From positions 544,038 to 608,037 of the forward strand of contig JADKBZ010000003.1 of assembly GCA_016714815.1 (NCBI GenBank): 64,000 nt of DNA, given 5' to 3'. The notes under the pieces are model-generated. The model made no database searches. It was not told where the DNA came from and worked only from the letters and a program-made list of their open reading frames with translations. Source of the DNA: Holophagales bacterium (GTDB taxonomy: Bacteria > Acidobacteriota > Thermoanaerobaculia > UBA5066). Both the position numbers and the translations under genes were made by a program. Positions 1 to 11,106 of this stretch are shown here, in pieces; the stretch's first letter is position 1; every line of letters begins with the position of its first letter.

Positions 1-291
1 ACGCTCTGCAGGACGACGGCTCCCGGACGGGCCGCCTGACCCGCGAGGAGGGCGGGAATTCCGAGAAGCCCGCGGACGGAGGGAAGGAACCCGAGGAGCG
101 CCACCGCCGCCGCGGCGTGCATGGCGTGCTTGCGAAGGTGCTCCTTCCGGGCGACGAGGCCGCAGATTCCGAGGAGGACGCCGAAGCCCACGGGGATCAG
201 GGCCGTGGGGCTTCCGTACGCGGCGTATCCGCCGACGCCGGTGAGGACGAGGAGGCCACCGAAGAGGAGCGACATGGAGGAGACGTTCATT

Positions 292-1335
292 TCAATCACC
301 TAACGCGCGGGGGGGGCGTCCGGATTCCCGCCCCGCGAGGTCCGGCGGACTGCTGGAGACGAAGCTCGCCAGGAGCGCCGCCGCCACGATCCCGGCGGCC
401 CCGGCGAGGTTCACGGCCGCGAAGCCGAACCGCTCGTAGACCGGCCCGAAGGCGAAGGCGCCGAGGGCGATGGCGAGGTCGTAGGAGCCGTAGAACGCCG
501 CCATCGCCGCCCCGCGCGCCTCTCCCGAACGGTCCACCGTCCAGGCCGTCAGGGCCGGAAACGTGAGACCCGACATGCCGACGCCGTAGAGGGCCGCCGC
601 CACCGCCAGGGAGAGCGGCCCCCGGGCCAGTCCCGTCAACGCGACGCCGACCGCCCCGAGGAGAAGCCCCGGGACGACGACGGCACGGCGCCCGTGCCGG
701 TCGGAAAGGCGCCCGGCGAACGGCCGGACGAGGAGGATCGAGGTCGCGTAGACCGTGAAGTAGGTGCCCGTCCGGCCCGGCTCGGACCCCAGCTCCACCG
801 GGACGAAGGCGATGATCGCGCCGTACGAGAGCGAGGAGAGAAACAGGACGGCGCAGGGGAGGAACGCCCCGCCCGGGAAGACCCCTCCCGACCGCACCGG
901 CCCGACGTGACGGGGCTCGGCGACCGGGACCATCAGTCCGAGGGCGACGACGAAGAGGACCGCCGTCCCGAGGAACGCCGCTCCCGGGCCGCCGACCCGA
1001 ACCAGCCCGGCTCCCGCGGCGGGGCCGAGAGCCATCGCCACCGTCGGCGCCAGGCCCCAGATTCCGATCGCCTCCCCGCGGCGGGCGGCCGGGGCGAGAT
1101 CGGCCACGAGGGACGAGATCGCCGTCGTCGCGAATCCCCAGCCGACCCCCTGCACGGCGCGCAGGGCCAGGAGCCAGCCGAGGGAAGCGGCGAGCGGAAG
1201 CGTCGCCGTCGCCGCGGCGAAGAGGGCGAGGCCGCCCAGGGCGAAGGGCCGCCGGCCCCTCCGGTCGAGCGCTCCCGCCGAGAGGACCCGGGTCGCCACC
1301 GCGGCGATCGACGAGAGGCCGATGACGAGCCCCAC
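292..1335 (-). CDS. MFS transporter (major facilitator superfamily); canonical-start ORF is N-terminally truncated
   Basis: Multiple TM helices and MFS motif A (AGALDRRGRRP) between TM2 and TM3. TM1 (RILTRPFVLLIAATAVLFFGFYFLIPVL) is encoded in frame upstream at 1336-1470, with no ATG/GTG/TTG before the in-frame stop at 1633-1635. Confidence 0.8.
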   Translation of the reverse strand: MGLVIGLSSIAAVATRVLSAGALDRRGRRPFALGGLALFAAATATLPLAASLGWLLALRAVQGVGWGFATTAISSLVADLAPAARRGEAIGIWGLAPTVAMALGPAAGAGLVRVGGPGAAFLGTAVLFVVALGLMVPVAEPRHVGPVRSGGVFPGGAFLPCAVLFLSSLSYGAIIAFVPVELGSEPGRTGTYFTVYATSILLVRPFAGRLSDRHGRRAVVVPGLLLGAVGVALTGLARGPLSLAVAAALYGVGMSGLTFPALTAWTVDRSGEARGAAMAAFYGSYDLAIALGAFAFGPVYERFGFAAVNLAGAAGIVAAALLASFVSSSPPDLAGRESGRPPRALGD

Positions 1336-1588
1336 CTCGCTCTTCGACGCCCCGCGCGCCGCCGCGTAGGGCGGAAGGACGGGAATGAGGAAATAGAAGC
1401 CGAAGAAGAGGACCGCCGTCGCGGCGATGAGGAGGACGAAGGGACGGGTGAGGATCCGCTCCCTCAGGGGACCTCCGTTCCGTGGAAGTGCCGCTCGAAA
1501 CAGGGCTTCCAGTCCTTCTTCGTCAGGAATTCGAGGAGGCCGGCGAAATCCGCTCGCAGGTGCATTGCCATGCTTGTTCCGGATGGCC

Positions 1589-1984
1589 CTAGGGCCGCTC
1601 CTCGAGGTCGAGCAGGTGCAGGTCGAGCGCCTTCACCGAGACCTGGATCTCCCGCACCGAAAGCCCGAGCGAGACGATCATCAGGACGAGGCTCGCCGCG
1701 AAGAGGGCCTTTCCGGCAGCGACCTCCCCGAAGAAGAGGACGAACATGCAGACGACGCAGACGAGGAGGCTCGAGACTCCCGCGGCCTGCATGCTCTGGA
1801 TGAGGTGGATCCGGTACCTGAGGTTGTCGATCTGCTTCGGGATCAGCGGGTCGGGGTGCTCGCGGTGCCGGGTGTGGAGGCTCCTCACGAGCGAGGCGAG
1901 CGCCAGGAAGCGGTTCGTGTAGGCGAGGAGAAGGAGCGAGACGGCCGGGAAAAGGAGGGCGGGGGTCGTGAGGCTCAGCTCCAT
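1589..1984 (-). CDS. DUF2721-family small membrane protein (132 aa)
   Basis: Translation MELSLTTPALLFPAVSLLLLAYTNRFLALASLVRSLH...NLRYRIHLIQSMQAAG matches my recollection of the DUF2721 family pattern. Two TM segments; ATG start; gene-like codon usage. Confidence 0.65.
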   Translation of the reverse strand: MELSLTTPALLFPAVSLLLLAYTNRFLALASLVRSLHTRHREHPDPLIPKQIDNLRYRIHLIQSMQAAGVSSLLVCVVCMFVLFFGEVAAGKALFAASLVLMIVSLGLSVREIQVSVKALDLHLLDLEERP

Positions 1985-2067
1985 GTCCACCCGACGATAG
2001 CCGACTCGCGTCGGGAACTTTCCGGGCGCGCCGGGGTCACAAGGGCAAACGACGGAGGAGGACGACG

Positions 2068-2829
2068 ATGCTCCAGCTCGCCACACCCCCCGAACGCAAC
2101 CGGCCCGCCCTGCTGACCTCGGTCGGAATCCACGCTCTGGCGGCGTCCGCCTTCTCGTTCGTTCCGCTGCTGGCCTTCCCGATCGCGCCCTTCTGGCCCG
2201 GAGAGGTCTGGGTCATCACGCAACCCGACCTCTCGGCCCTGCGCGACGTGAAGCCCGTCGACCTGCGGGGCCCCGCGCCCCAGGCACGGCCTCCGCGAGG
2301 CCCCGCGGCGGGCGGCGTTCCGGCCCCGCCGCGGGAAAGGCCGCCGGCCGAGCCCTCCGAGCCGATCGTGCAGCCGACGTCCATGCTCGCCGCGGTCGCC
2401 CCTGCTCCCGAAGCCGAGCCTCCCGGCGATTCCGGCATCCCCGGCAGCATCGGGAACGACATCGGGAGAAGGGCCGGTACCGGACCCGGCGACCCGAACG
2501 GCGATCCGAACGGCGATCCGAACGGCACGTACGACGGCCGCGGCGGAGCGCTCCCGGCCGACCTCGTCCTTCCCGTTCCGCTCGAGACGCCGGCGCCCCG
2601 CTATCCCGACATCGCCCGCCTCGTGCGGAAGGAAGGGGCCGTCGTCCTCTCGGCGACGATCGCCGCCGACGGAAACGTCGTCGACATCCAGCTCGAGAAG
2701 GGGATGGGCCCGCTCCTGGACCAGGCGGCCATCGACGCCGTCTCGCGCTGGCGCTACGTCCCCGCCCGCATCGGAGAACGGCGGGTGGCCGTGATCCTGC
2801 GGGTGACCGTCAACTTCCGGCTCCTCTGA
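2068..2829 (+). CDS. TonB family protein (energy transducer, C-terminal TonB domain)
   Basis: N-terminal TM anchor, Pro-rich spacer with PNGD repeats, C-terminal TonB-like domain (YPDIARLVRKEGAVVLSATIAADGNVVDIQLEKGMGPLLDQAAIDAVSRWRYVP). RBS ggagga upstream. Confidence 0.85.
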   Translation: MLQLATPPERNRPALLTSVGIHALAASAFSFVPLLAFPIAPFWPGEVWVITQPDLSALRDVKPVDLRGPAPQARPPRGPAAGGVPAPPRERPPAEPSEPIVQPTSMLAAVAPAPEAEPPGDSGIPGSIGNDIGRRAGTGPGDPNGDPNGDPNGTYDGRGGALPADLVLPVPLETPAPRYPDIARLVRKEGAVVLSATIAADGNVVDIQLEKGMGPLLDQAAIDAVSRWRYVPARIGERRVAVILRVTVNFRLL

Positions 2830-2890
2830 TCGTCCGGCAGCGTCCGGAGCGCCGGGAGACTCCCGGAGCGCCGGACCACGGCACGCCGTG

Positions 2891-2941
2891 CCAGGCGTGA
2901 ATTCGTGTATTGTTTTCAACAATACACGAATTCACGCCTGG
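2891..2941. repeat. 51-bp perfect palindrome (24-bp arms, 3-nt loop) in the convergent TonB / ABC permease intergenic region; probably a bidirectional terminator or protein-binding site
   Basis: ccaggcgtgaattcgtgtattgtt-ttc-aacaatacacgaattcacgcctgg. AT-rich relative to its context. A second small palindrome ggcacg-c-cgtgcc lies at 2880-2892. Confidence 0.7.
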
Positions 2942-2955
2942 CACCGTTTCCCGTC

Positions 2956-4257
2956 CTACCCGTCGGTCCAGCGGAACCGGAGCCGGGCGACGAGGAGGAA
3001 GAGGGCGGCGTAGCCGAAGAGGACCGCCGCGGCAGGAAGCGCACCCGCCACCAGGCCGGCGCCTCGCCACGTGACCGCGTCGAGGCCGTCGATCGCCCAG
3101 CGCGTCGGCAGGACCAGGGTCGCCGTCCGGAGCCACTCGGGGAAGACGAAGGCCGGGACCCAGCCTCCGCCGAGCATGACGAGGAGGAGGATCGCGAGGA
3201 TCGAGAGGCCGCGCGTGGCTCCGGGGGTCTTTCCCAGCGCCGCCAGGAGGAGACCGAACGACGAGGCCATCAGCGCGGAGGAGACGAGGATCAGGAGGAA
3301 CCCCGGAATGCTCCCCTGGATCCGGACTCCGAGAACGACGATGCCGAACGCGAACGTCGCTCCCACCGAGATGAGGCCGACGAGCGCGCCCGCGGTGGCC
3401 TTGCCGGCGAGCAGGGACGAACGGGAGAGCGGGGCGGCGCGAAGCCGCTTCCAGATCCCGCCCTGCCTCTCCAGGAGAAAGGCGATACCGAAGTCGAGCG
3501 CGACGAAGAGGAGGAACTGGATCCCCATCCCGGCGAAGGAGTGGGCGTAGCTGTTGTACGTCACCCCCCTGCGGGCCGTGACCGGCTCCTCCTTCAGAGT
3601 GAAGGGGGCCGCCGAGCCCGGCCCCCGCGTTTGCGTCGCCGCACCGCCCTGACCGCCAGTCGTCGATTCCTTCCAGCGGGTCACGTCCCTGAGGAGCTGC
3701 TCGAGCGTCTCGCGCTCCGGCGTCGCCGGCGCGGGGTCGGCTTCCAGGTTCCGGAGGCTCTCTTGGAGGACCGTCGTTCCCGAGCTTCCGCCGAACGCCT
3801 CCCGGGACGACTCGCGAAAGACCTTCTCGGAGAGGAGCCCTCTCACGAGGCCTGCCTCCGTTGCGCGAGACGGGTCGACGAGGAGGACGATCTCGGGGGC
3901 CTTCGAGGCTCCGAAGAAGGCGCGGACGCTCCCCTCGCCGAAACCCACCGGGAGAACGACCGCGGCGACGGCTTTGCCCTTCCTCACGGCCTCCCGTGCT
4001 GCGGCTTCGGTCGCCTGCGTCACGGCGAGGAGCGGATCGGCCGCGAGGCCCGCCACGACCGCACTCGAGACGGCGCTGCCGTCGGCGTCGGCGACGAGGA
4101 CCGGGATCTTCGCGGCTTCGTGCCGCCCCTGGCCCGAGAAGAGGAACCCGAAGAAGGTCGCCAGGAGAATCGGAGTGACGATCCCGACGACGACGGAGCG
4201 CGGGTCCGAGAGGAAGAGCTTCAGCTCGTGGCGGACGATCGCGAGCGCCTGTTTCAT
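2956..4257 (-). CDS. ABC-2 type transporter permease
   Basis: N-terminal TM, large extracytoplasmic loop, then 5 C-terminal TM helices typical of ABC-2/YhgE-like permeases. 4-nt overlap with the upstream ATPase gene. Confidence 0.8.
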   Translation of the reverse strand: MKQALAIVRHELKLFLSDPRSVVVGIVTPILLATFFGFLFSGQGRHEAAKIPVLVADADGSAVSSAVVAGLAADPLLAVTQATEAAAREAVRKGKAVAAVVLPVGFGEGSVRAFFGASKAPEIVLLVDPSRATEAGLVRGLLSEKVFRESSREAFGGSSGTTVLQESLRNLEADPAPATPERETLEQLLRDVTRWKESTTGGQGGAATQTRGPGSAAPFTLKEEPVTARRGVTYNSYAHSFAGMGIQFLLFVALDFGIAFLLERQGGIWKRLRAAPLSRSSLLAGKATAGALVGLISVGATFAFGIVVLGVRIQGSIPGFLLILVSSALMASSFGLLLAALGKTPGATRGLSILAILLLVMLGGGWVPAFVFPEWLRTATLVLPTRWAIDGLDAVTWRGAGLVAGALPAAAVLFGYAALFLLVARLRFRWTDG

Positions 4258-5090
4258 CGGTCGTCCCTCAGGGCGTGGCCGGTGAGGTGGAGGAAGACCT
4301 CTTCGAGGCGGGGTTTCCCGCCGTCCACGCCCGGGACGGCGATGCCCCGTGCCGAAAGGAGCGCGACCGCCGCGCGCGCCTCGGCGTCCAGCTCGGGACC
4401 GCTCGCGGCGGGAAGGAGCCTTCCCAGCTCTTCGGCCGTCCCGTTCGCCACGACCCGGCCGTGGTCGACGATGACGACCCGGTCGCAGAGGCGTTCGGCC
4501 TCTTCCATGTAGTGCGTCGTGTAGAGGATCGCCTTGCCCGCCGCGCGCAGCGCCTCGAGGCTCTCGAAGATGGCGTTCCGGCTCTGCGGGTCGACGCCCG
4601 CCGTCGGCTCGTCGAGGAGGAGGACCTTCGGGTCGTGGAGGAGCCCCGCCGCGAGGTTCAGGCGGCGTTTCATCCCCCCGCTGAAGGTCCTGACCCGGTC
4701 CCGTCGCCGATCGGCGAGGCCCGCAAGGCGGAGGACGTCGTCGATCCGCGAAGAGAGGCGCGCTCCTTCCAGCCCCTGGAGCGCCCCGAAGAACCGAAGG
4801 TTGTCGTCCGCCGTGAGCTCGTCGTAGAGCGCCAGCTCCTGAGGCACGAGGCCGAGGCGCCCCTTCGCCCGGTCGGTGTCGCCCGCCAGGGGCGCTCCGT
4901 CGACCAGCACCTCGCCGCCGTCCGCGGGGAGGAGGCTGCAGATGATCGAGACCGTCGTCGTCTTGCCGGCCCCGTTCGGCCCGAGGAGGCCGACGATCGT
5001 CCCCTCCCCGACCCGGAACGAGACTCCTGAAAGGGCGGCAACGGCTCCGTAGGACTTGCGAAGTCCGGAAACCTCCAGGGCCGGGGTCAC
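4254..5090 (-). CDS. ABC transporter ATP-binding protein
   Basis: Walker A GPNGAGKTT, ABC signature FSGGMKRRLNLA, Walker B LLLDEPTAGVD, H-loop. Confidence 0.9.
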   Translation of the reverse strand: MTPALEVSGLRKSYGAVAALSGVSFRVGEGTIVGLLGPNGAGKTTTVSIICSLLPADGGEVLVDGAPLAGDTDRAKGRLGLVPQELALYDELTADDNLRFFGALQGLEGARLSSRIDDVLRLAGLADRRRDRVRTFSGGMKRRLNLAAGLLHDPKVLLLDEPTAGVDPQSRNAIFESLEALRAAGKAILYTTHYMEEAERLCDRVVIVDHGRVVANGTAEELGRLLPAASGPELDAEARAAVALLSARGIAVPGVDGGKPRLEEVFLHLTGHALRDDR

Positions 5091-5213
5091 GAACGGGCTC
5101 GAGCGCAGCGCTGCATTTGCCTTAGGTACGACCCCGCCACCGAAATGTTCCGGGCCGCTCTTCGCGTTCCCCCCGACGGAGGGAGGCCCGGAGGCCGGAG
5201 ATCGGGTCGGCCC

Positions 5214-5251
5214 TTGACATCCGAGAAACCTAGTACTAAGTTTTTAGTATG
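5214..5251 (+). promoter_or_regulatory. blaI promoter (TTGACA at 5214-5219) with a TACTAA-N4-TTAGTA inverted repeat, a candidate BlaI operator; the mRNA is probably leaderless
   Basis: cccTTGACAtccgagaaacctagTACTAAgtttTTAGTATGacg. The inverted repeat at 5234-5249 overlaps the ATG at 5249. It lies in the divergent region shared with the ABC exporter operon. Confidence 0.45.
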
Positions 5252-5629
5252 ACGAACCGCCGCCCGGGTCCCCTCACCGGAGTCGAGCTCGAGATCATGC
5301 ACGTCGTCTGGGAGCTCGGCACGGCGACGGTGAGGCAGGTCCACGACGTCCTCTCGGCCCGCCGTCCCGTCGCCTACACGACGGTCATGACGATGCTCGG
5401 CCTCCTCGCGAAGAAGGGCCACCTGAAACGGGAGGAGTCGGGAAAGGCCTTCGTCTACAGGCCGGCCCACGCCAAGGGGCGCGTCGTGTCGAAGATGCTC
5501 GACGACTTCGTCACGCGCGTCTTCCACGGCTCGGCCCGCCCGCTCGTCCTGGCCCTCCTGAGAGACAAGAAGATCTCGAAGCGCGACCTCGACGAGATCG
5601 CACGGCTCGCGGAGGAGGAAGAGAAATGA
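5249..5629 (+). CDS. BlaI/MecI/CopY family transcriptional repressor
   Basis: Winged-helix penicillinase-repressor family pattern (LTGVELEIMHVVWELGTATVRQVHDVL...AYTTVMTMLGLLAKKGHL). 4-nt overlap with the downstream M56 gene. Confidence 0.85.
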   Translation: MTNRRPGPLTGVELEIMHVVWELGTATVRQVHDVLSARRPVAYTTVMTMLGLLAKKGHLKREESGKAFVYRPAHAKGRVVSKMLDDFVTRVFHGSARPLVLALLRDKKISKRDLDEIARLAEEEEK

Positions 5630-6918
5630 CACCCCTCCTCGCCGACCTCGCCTCCTGGTGGCTCCAGGCGGGCCTTCTCCTCGGCGCGGGCCTCCTCCTG
5701 CCGGGCCTCGTCCGGCTCCACGACCCGGGCACGCGACTTCGGCTCGGGCAGCTTCTCCTCGCCGCCACGCTCCTCCTTCCGCTCGTTCAGCCGGGCCCGG
5801 CGCCCAGCTCCGCCGGAACCGACGGGTCCGGCCCCGGCTTCTCGCTCGCCATCCTCGTCACCGGCGAGCGCACCGCGGCGTCGGCTTCCTTCGAGACCGC
5901 GATCCTCGCCCTGCTCGCGGGCGGTGCGTTCCTCCGGTTCGGGTGGCTCGGGATCGGGCTCGTTCGCCTCCGCTCACTCCGGCGCCGCTCCCTTCCGATC
6001 GAGCCCCTCCCCCCGTCCATCGCGTCCGCGATCGCGCGGACCGCCACGACCGCGGAGATCCTCGTCTCCGGCGAGATCGCTTCTCCGGTCACGCTCGGCT
6101 GGCTCCGGCCCGCAGTGCTGTTCCCGGAGTGCTTTGCCGGCCTGGACGCCGCCGAGCAGGAAGCCGTCGCGTGCCACGAGCTCCTTCACGTGAGGCGGCG
6201 GGACTCGTGGGCGGTCCTCCTCGAGGAGGGGGCCCGCGCCCTCCTCTGGGCGCAGCCCGCCGCGTGGGGAGTCCTCTCCGACATCTCGCTCGCGCGCGAG
6301 CAGGCCGTCGACGGCGCCGCCGTCGCTTCGACGGGCGACCGGCGGGCCTATCTCCGCGCTCTCGCGGGCCTGGCCCGGCTGAGCCAGGAGTCCCCCGCGG
6401 CCGCGCTCCCCTTCCACACGCGGAGCCACCTCGTCCGAAGGGTGGCCCGCCTCGCAAAGGAGGTCCCCATGTCACGAACCCGCACGTCTCTCGCAGCCGC
6501 CGCCGCGGCCGCGCTGCTTCTCCTCGTCGGGACCGCCGGCGCGGCGGCCTTCCCGTTCGGGGGCGACCCGCAGAAGCCCTCGAGCCCTCCCGGGGCCGAG
6601 AAGGCAGCTGCCGCCGGCGGCGAAGGCCAGGTCCTGAAGGTCGGCGGCGACGTCAAGGAGCCCGTCGTCCTCCACCGGGTCCAGCCCGCCTACCCCGAGG
6701 AGGCACGGAAGAACAAGGTTCAGGGCGTCGTGAAGCTCGCCGCCGTCATCGACGAGAAGGGCGTCGTCGTGAAGGTCGAGCCGATCGAATCGCCCGACCC
6801 GTCGCTGAGCGAGGCTGCGGCCGCGGCGGTGAAGCAGTGGACCTACAAGCCGGCGACGAAGAAGGGGAAGCCGGTGAAGGTCGGGATGACCATCACCGTC
6901 AACTTCCGGCTCGCCTAG
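5626..6918 (+). CDS. M56 (BlaR1-like) peptidase signal transducer fused to a C-terminal TonB domain
   Basis: HExxH motif HELLHVRRRD in a BlaR1-like N-terminal membrane domain. C-terminal ~90 aa matches TonB_C (VVLHRVQPAYPEEARKNKVQGVVKLAAVIDEKGVV...TITVNFRL). Translationally coupled to blaI. Confidence 0.85.
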   Translation: MTPLLADLASWWLQAGLLLGAGLLLPGLVRLHDPGTRLRLGQLLLAATLLLPLVQPGPAPSSAGTDGSGPGFSLAILVTGERTAASASFETAILALLAGGAFLRFGWLGIGLVRLRSLRRRSLPIEPLPPSIASAIARTATTAEILVSGEIASPVTLGWLRPAVLFPECFAGLDAAEQEAVACHELLHVRRRDSWAVLLEEGARALLWAQPAAWGVLSDISLAREQAVDGAAVASTGDRRAYLRALAGLARLSQESPAAALPFHTRSHLVRRVARLAKEVPMSRTRTSLAAAAAAALLLLVGTAGAAAFPFGGDPQKPSSPPGAEKAAAAGGEGQVLKVGGDVKEPVVLHRVQPAYPEEARKNKVQGVVKLAAVIDEKGVVVKVEPIESPDPSLSEAAAAAVKQWTYKPATKKGKPVKVGMTITVNFRLA

Positions 6919-6945
6919 GCTCTCGCCCGCTCCCGGCGCCTCCCG

Positions 6946-6985
6946 CGCCCCGGCACTCCACGGTGCCGGGGCGTTTCGCTTCGGG
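6946..6985 (+). terminator. Rho-independent terminator after the BlaR1-like gene
   Basis: Hairpin stem cgccccggcac (6946-6956) / gtgccggggcg (6963-6973), loop 6957-6962, followed by tttcgcttcgg. Confidence 0.6.
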
Positions 6986-7012
6986 GAGCCCCCTCGCGCA
7001 AACTCCGTTCCC

Positions 7013-7079
7013 TTGACACCCCGGGGATCCGGAAATACAGTACTGACGTAGTCCTAATTGAACCGCTGTCTCGATTAGG
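7013..7079 (+). promoter_or_regulatory. Sigma70-like promoter (TTGACA-17-TACAGT) plus 6-15-6 inverted repeat (CCTAAT...ATTAGG), a candidate Rrf2 operator for the suf operon
   Basis: ttgaca at 7013-7018, tacagt at 7036-7041, inverted repeat at 7053-7058 / 7074-7079. Lies immediately upstream of the Rrf2 regulator and suf genes. Confidence 0.45.
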
Positions 7080-7104
7080 GCGGGGGCAGGAAGACGAAAC
7101 AGCC

Positions 7105-7571
7105 ATGATCCGGATGAACAAGCTGACCGACTACGGGGTCGTCCTTCTGACGACGTTCGCCCGCGAACCGGCGCACGGAATCAGCGCCCGCGAGCTCTCG
7201 GCCCGGACGGGAATCCCCCAGCCGACGGTCGTCAAGCTCCTGAAGACCCTGCTGAAGGCCGGCCTCCTCGTCTCGCAGCGCGGAACCAAGGGGGGATACG
7301 CGCTGGCGAAGCTCCCCGCAGAGGTCCCGGTGTCGGCGGTCATCGAGGCGCTCGAGGGGCCGCTCGCCATCACCGAATGCAGCGTGCCGGGAATGTGCGA
7401 GCACGAGCGCCGCTGCGTGGCCCGACCGAACTGGGCCGCAGTGAACGACGTCATCCACGAGGCGCTCTCGAAGCTGACGCTCGCGGAGATGACCCGGCCC
7501 GCCCAGGCGCATCCACCCCGTCCCGCCCCGCTTCTCCCCTCGATCGACTCTCCTCCCAGGAGCATCGCGCC

Positions 7572-7575
<4 letters not shown>
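7105..7575 (+). CDS. Rrf2 family transcriptional regulator (IscR/SufR-like, Cys-containing)
   Basis: N-terminal Rrf2 HTH ([63 protein letters not shown]) and a Cys cluster ([13 protein letters not shown]). First gene of the suf operon. Confidence 0.85.
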
Positions 7576-9017
<1,442 letters not shown>

Positions 9018-9019
9018 AC

Positions 9020-9804
<785 letters not shown>

Positions 9805-9808
<4 letters not shown>

Positions 9809-11106
9809 GCGCGACGGCGAGCCCGCTCTTCGTCCAGAACCTCCGCCACGAGGGCCTCGAGGCGCTCGGCAGGCTCGGGCTCCCCCGCCCCTCCGACGAG
9901 GAGTGGCGCTACACGAGCGTCGCAACGCTGGAAAAGCGTCTGCCGGAATTCGTCCCGGCCGTCGCGAGGTCCGGCGCCAGGCCGGCCGCTTCCGAGGAGG
10001 CGCGCGCCGCGGTCGCCTCCCTCGGGCCGATCGGCGTCGCCGGGCGCAGGCTCCACCAGCTCGTCTTCGTGAACGGCCGGCTGGACTCGGGGCTCTCGCG
10101 GTTCGACGGCCTGCCGTCGGGCGTCCGCTTCGAGGCCCTCTCCCGGCTCTTCGGCGAGCCGCCCGGGCTCCTCGCGAAGCGACTCGGCCTCCTCGGCGGT
10201 CACCGGAGCCACCCGTTCGTCGCGATGAATGCGGCACATCTCCTCGACGGCGTCTTCCTCCATGTTCCCGACGGGGTCGTCCTCGCCGAGCCACTCCTCG
10301 TCGTCCACGTGGCGGACGGCTCGGCCGGACCCGTCGCCTCGCATCCGCGCGTCGTCCTTTCGCTCGGCGAGAACGCGCAGGCGACAGTCGTCGAGGCGTA
10401 CTGCGGCACCGGCGAGGCGTTCGTGAACCCGGTGACGGAGATCGTCCTCGGCGCGCACGCCCACCTCGACCACTCGACGCTCCAGGAGGAATCGCCCGAG
10501 GCGTTCCACGTCGGGACGACCGAGGCGCACCTCGGCCCCGGCGCGCAGCTCTTCAGCCACGTCCTCTCGGTCGGAGGCCGGATCGCGAGGAACGAGCTGA
10601 CGGTCCGGCTCCACGGCGACGGCGCGGGGGCGACCCTCGACGGCCTCTTCCTGGCCCGCGGCGAGCAGCAGGTCGACAACCACACGCTCGTCGACCACGC
10701 CCGCCCGCACTGCGGGAGCCAGCAGTACTACAAGGGCATTCTCGACGGGAGCGCACGCGGCGCCTTCGACGGCAAGGTCATCGTCCGCCCCGCGGGCGCC
10801 TTCACCGACGCCCACCAGAAGAACCGCAACCTCCTCCTCTCCGACACGGCCCGCATCGACGCCAAGCCGCAGCTGGAGATCTACAACAACGACGTCAAGT
10901 GCACGCACGGCTCGGCGACGGGCCGGCTCGACGCGGACGCCCTCTTCTACCTCCGCTCGCGCGCCCTCTCCGAGGGCCAGGCCCGCAGCGTCCTGACCCT
11001 CGCCTTCGCGAGCGAGATCGTCGACCGCATCCCCGTCGAGCCGCTCAGGGCCCACCTGACCGAGCGCGTCCTCGGCTGGCTCGCCGGCAGCCCGGAGGCC
11101 TCATGA
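9805..11106 (+). CDS. sufD: Fe-S cluster assembly protein SufD
   Basis: SufD-type pattern with C-terminal beta-helix region (...QKNRNLLLSDTARIDAKPQLEIYNNDVKCTHGSATGRLD...). Overlaps the sufC stop and the sufS start. Confidence 0.85.

Noticed and set aside
694-4512. Plus-strand ORFs 694-1803 and 2905-4512; minus-strand ORFs 1975-2922 and 2037-2528
   Set aside because: Antisense or alternate frames of the MFS, TonB and ABC permease genes; highly charged, Arg-rich and repetitive translations.
5658-7016. 452-aa plus-strand ORF overlapping the BlaR1-like gene
   Set aside because: Alternate frame of the M56 gene; translation is Arg/Pro/Gly-rich with no motifs.
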